Of a stretch of 64,000 nt of DNA, positions 60,488-64,000 are shown piece by piece. The notes beneath the pieces are model-generated. The model worked only from the letters and a program-made list of their open reading frames with translations, had not been told where the DNA came from and did not search any database. A program made the translations under genes and the position numbers. Location of the stretch: positions 704,001 to 768,000 of the forward strand of contig CAWHAE010000009.1 of assembly GCA_963827235.1 (NCBI GenBank), read 5' to 3'. Position 1 is the first letter of the stretch. Each line of letters starts with the position of its first letter. The DNA is from an uncultured bacterium. GTDB taxonomy: Bacteria > Chloroflexota > UBA5177 > JANWHV01.

Positions 60488-62899
60488 TCATTTGCTCCAG
60501 TAGTCGGCGATCTTGGCGTCGGCCACTACGGGAACGAGCTTGATGAGCTTGCCGCCAGCCTTCACCATCTCGTGTTCCACGATCTTGCAGACCGCTTCTG
60601 CTTGATCCTCCCGGGCCTCCACCACGATCTCGTCGTGCACGGTGTTCACGACCCGCGCGTCGTAGCCCTGCAGGGCCTCGTTCAAGCCGATCAGGGCCAG
60701 CTTGGTCATATCTGCGTTCGTACCCTGGATCGGCGAGTTCTTGCCCTGCCGCTCGATGCTTGACCGTTTCTTGTTGTACTCGGGATCGTCGCGGTCTATG
60801 GGCGCGTAGTAGCGTTTGCGGCCGAGTATGGTGACACTGAAGCCCTTGCGTACCGCCTCTTTGCCCGCCTTGTCCAGCCAGCGCTGGATGCCCGCGTAGG
60901 CCTTGAAGTACTGGTCGATCAGGCGCCGCGCCTCCTCGGTGGAGACGCCGAGCTGCACGCCCAGCGCGGCGGGACCCCGGCCGTAAGCCAGCCCGAAGTT
61001 GATCACCTTGGCGGCGCTGCGCTGCTTCTTGTCGACCAGGTCGGGCGGCACCTGGAACATCTGGCTCGCGGTCAAGCGGTGCAGGTCTCCGCCGGACTGG
61101 AAGGCTTCGACGAAGGCGGGGTCCTCGCTGAGCTGCGCCAGGATGCGGAGCTCGGCCTGGCTGTAGTCGCAGGTGATCAGCTTGTAGCCGGGCGCCGGCA
61201 CGAAGCAGCCGCGGAAATCGCTGGTGGCCGGAATCTGCTGGATATTTGGATTGGTGCAGGAGAAGCGGCCTGTATCGGCGCCGAGCTGGTTGAAGTCGGG
61301 ATGGATGCGCCCGGTCTTGGGATGGATCAGCTCGAGGAACTTCTCACCGAAGGCGGAGAGCGTCTTCTCGAAGCCTCGATACTCCAGCAGCTTCTTGATG
61401 GCTGGGTGATCGTACTTCAGGAGCGTCGCTTCCATGGTGTCCGGCAGATCGATCCCCATGCGCGCGAACGTCTCCAGAAGCTGCGCATTGCTGTTCAAAT
61501 TGATCGCCGGTCCGCCGAACAACGACTGCTGGGGCACGGCATCGGCGATCAGCAGGCCGAGCTCGTCGGCACAGCGGTCCCGTTCCGCCTGGGAGGCGAC
61601 GATGATGTTGTGCCAGCGATCCTTGTCGATCAAACAGCCGGCCAGCTCCATCTCGCCGACCGCGATCAGCGTCTTGAATTCGAGGGCGGCGATGTTCACC
61701 ACGGATTCGCGGCGCAGCGCGTCTCGCTGCTGCTGGTAGATGGTGAACAGCACCAGCGCGTCTCGCGCGGCGTAGCGAAGCTGCTCCTCCGAGTATTCGC
61801 CGGTCTTGCCGACGAAGCTCGACCGTATCGCCTTGTCGAGCGCGATTCCGGCGTACTTCTGCGCCAGGGCGGCCAGGCCGATGCTGCGGCTGATGCCGGC
61901 GGTGAGCACGCGCTCGGCAAGCATGGTGTCGTAGATGCGACGCGTGGTGATACCCACCTGACTGCGCAACATCTTGTAGTCGAACTTGGCATTCTGCATC
62001 AGCTTGAGCGTGCGATCGTCTTCGAGAATGCGGCGCAGCGGGCGTGGATCGACCTTTCGCGCGTCGACCAGGTAAGCGCGGTCGGGCGTCGCTACCTGGA
62101 CCAGGAGCAGCGTGTCATCGACAAATGGATCGAGTCCGGTTGCCTCGGTGTCCACGGCCACGATGGGCTCGCCCGAGAGTGCAGCCACCACCTCCGCCAG
62201 CCGGGAGGGCTCGGTGATCAGCTCGAACTCGGCATTGACCGTCGCGGCACTGCCCGTATCGGGCCCGCTCTCCACGTCGAACAGCGCTCCAGCGTCATCC
62301 ACCGTGACGACGTGAACGGAGGGCGCGGGCACCGATCCTGCCGCTTCGGCGGTATTGTTCTGCCCGGGCACCGATTGTTCCTCGACGAGGACGGGAGGCT
62401 CCACGCTCAGCTCCGGCAGGTCGGCGAGCGCCAGCGCAGAGGCCTTCTTAGCATGGCCATTGCCGCGGCCGTTGCCGTTGCTCGTGCGCTTGCTTGAGAT
62501 AGGCTCCTCTTGCGCTTCGAAGGCGTCGCGCCGTGGCGCAGCCGATGCATTCGCGCCGCGCTCCGGCCTCGCCGTGCTGCTTTGGGAAGGCTGCTCTACG
62601 ACAAGCTGATCCGCCATGGGTGCAATGGCAAGGCGGGCAAGGGCAAGTGCCTCGATCACGACGCGGTTCGGCACCTTGTAGACCATGCTCTCGAACGCGT
62701 CATCGGGCGGGCGCTCCCCGCAGATCGGGCATGAAGGCAAATCCGGGTTGAAGGCAAGCTCGCAACAGACGCACGGCAGGTACCGCTTCAGGCGCGCTCC
62801 GCACAGGCAGCAGGAAACGGCTTGGCCGAATGGCAGGGTGTCCGGCAGGGCGGTCACCGTGAGACAAATCGGACAGGTGACCTTGCCGGGAACGATCAT
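60488..62899 (-). CDS. polA: family A DNA polymerase with 3'-5' exonuclease, no 5' nuclease, N-terminal Cys-rich zinc-ribbon region
   Basis: Exo DTEATG / NAKFD / YAARD; Pol TGRFSC..PNIQQIP, DYSQAELR, RSAAKVINFGLAYG, NSPIQG, VHDEI. Confidence 0.92.
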   Translation of the reverse strand: MIVPGKVTCPICLTVTALPDTLPFGQAVSCCLCGARLKRYLPCVCCELAFNPDLPSCPICGERPPDDAFESMVYKVPNRVVIEALALARLAIAPMADQLVVEQPSQSSTARPERGANASAAPRRDAFEAQEEPISSKRTSNGNGRGNGHAKKASALALADLPELSVEPPVLVEEQSVPGQNNTAEAAGSVPAPSVHVVTVDDAGALFDVESGPDTGSAATVNAEFELITEPSRLAEVVAALSGEPIVAVDTEATGLDPFVDDTLLLVQVATPDRAYLVDARKVDPRPLRRILEDDRTLKLMQNAKFDYKMLRSQVGITTRRIYDTMLAERVLTAGISRSIGLAALAQKYAGIALDKAIRSSFVGKTGEYSEEQLRYAARDALVLFTIYQQQRDALRRESVVNIAALEFKTLIAVGEMELAGCLIDKDRWHNIIVASQAERDRCADELGLLIADAVPQQSLFGGPAINLNSNAQLLETFARMGIDLPDTMEATLLKYDHPAIKKLLEYRGFEKTLSAFGEKFLELIHPKTGRIHPDFNQLGADTGRFSCTNPNIQQIPATSDFRGCFVPAPGYKLITCDYSQAELRILAQLSEDPAFVEAFQSGGDLHRLTASQMFQVPPDLVDKKQRSAAKVINFGLAYGRGPAALGVQLGVSTEEARRLIDQYFKAYAGIQRWLDKAGKEAVRKGFSVTILGRKRYYAPIDRDDPEYNKKRSSIERQGKNSPIQGTNADMTKLALIGLNEALQGYDARVVNTVHDEIVVEAREDQAEAVCKIVEHEMVKAGGKLIKLVPVVADAKIADYWSK

Positions 62900-63140
62900 G
62901 ATGGTCGAGGCTCCTCGGGGCATAGCAGCCGGGTCACGCCGACCCGAGCGTCCGCACAACACATTGTACGGGCAAACGCGGAACCCGTGGGTGGACTTCT
63001 CCCCCGTCGCGGCAGTCGCCGGGACATTTTCCTCGGGCCTCTTTTCCTGTCGCCGGGTGCCGGACGAGCTTGCATGGTCACCTCCGGATACTTCGCCACG
63101 GCTCCTCGACTGCGCGGCGTGGCGGCGGGCTCGGCGCCCA

Positions 63141-64000
63141 TCAGGTTCTCATCCGCAGGTAGCTCTGGTAGCGCCGCGCAGCTATCGTGCCGGACTCTAC
63201 TGCCGCCTTGATCGCACAGCCGGGCTCCTGGCGATGGCTGCAGGCAGGACCGAACCGGCAGCGGCCGACCAGCGGCTCCATCTCGCGGAATACTCCCGCC
63301 AGGGCGGCGCCCGGGAGGTCCCAGAGACCGAATTCGCGCATGCCCGGCGTATCGATCAGGCCGCCGCCCCCATCCAGGGGAAAGAGCTCCAGATGGGTGG
63401 TCGTGTGCTTTCCTTTGTTCGTGGCGCGGCTTACCTCGGCCACGCGGAGGCCGAGGCCCGGCTGGATGGCGTTCAGCAAACTCGTCTTGCCCACGCCGGA
63501 CGGTCCCACCAGCACAGAGATACGGCCCGACAACTGCTCCTTGAACTGTTGCAGGCCGTCGCCGTGCACGGTGCTGGTGAGCATCACTGGGTAGCCGAGG
63601 TCGCGAAATACCGCTACCTCCGCCAGCAGATCCGCTGAGACGCCCAGATCATGCTTGTTCAAGCAGATCACTGCCGGCACGCCCCACCATTCGGCAGCCG
63701 CCAGGTAGCGGTCCAGCACTTCCCATTTCGGCTCGGGGTGCGCGACGGCCAGAACGGCGAGTACCTGGTCGAGGTTGGCTACGATCACCTGCTCCAGCGG
63801 CTTGGCACCTGCCGCGCGCCGCGAAAGCTTGTTCTTGCGCGGCAGCACGGCGGTGATCAGCCCTTCCTCATTGCCGCGTTCCACGAAGCGGACGAGGTCG
63901 CCGATGGCCACGGGATCTACCTGCTTGATCTCTTTCACCTCCATCACCCGATGGCGAAGCGACGTGGGATCGGCGATCGGATAGACGAGTTGCTTGCGCA
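63141..64000 (-). CDS. rsgA: ribosome small subunit-dependent GTPase A, 5' end outside the window
   Basis: LNKHDL, GPSGVGKTS, KGKHTTT, IDTPG, CRFGPACSHRQEPGCA. Confidence 0.95.
   Translation of the reverse strand, partial: RKQLVYPIADPTSLRHRVMEVKEIKQVDPVAIGDLVRFVERGNEEGLITAVLPRKNKLSRRAAGAKPLEQVIVANLDQVLAVLAVAHPEPKWEVLDRYLAAAEWWGVPAVICLNKHDLGVSADLLAEVAVFRDLGYPVMLTSTVHGDGLQQFKEQLSGRISVLVGPSGVGKTSLLNAIQPGLGLRVAEVSRATNKGKHTTTHLELFPLDGGGGLIDTPGMREFGLWDLPGAALAGVFREMEPLVGRCRFGPACSHRQEPGCAIKAAVESGTIAARRYQSYLRMRT

Overview
High-GC bacterial chromosomal segment, probably from a Chloroflexota-like soil organism (inferred from gene content and from the L28, RsgA and surface-protein types). It holds about 50 genes. 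These include housekeeping genes (rpmB, cdd, glpD, fbaB, bfr, trpB2, nth, polA, rsgA), a BMP-type nucleoside ABC transporter, a two-component system divergent from htrA, an FtsX-type ABC exporter, and a large surface protein plus glycoside hydrolase pair. A decaying accessory block at about 10-16.6 kb contains an ABC-F ribosome-protection-like gene with a 3-codon leader, an IS110 element with a bridge-RNA-like 5' region, and broken GrpB, nucleotidyltransferase and HIT genes. The most striking locus is 16.6-20.9 kb (minus strand): a DUF6065-GT2-GT fusion whose C-terminal domain has the motif series of eukaryotic polypeptide GalNAc-transferases, a second GT2, and a PqqD/RRE + twin-arginine + Thr/Pro tandem-repeat (mucin-like) protein. 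Together these make a candidate RiPP-like, mucin-type O-glycosylation system. Several single-base frameshifts may be sequencing errors. No rRNA, tRNA or CRISPR array was seen. All family calls come from motif recognition by eye; no database searches were run.
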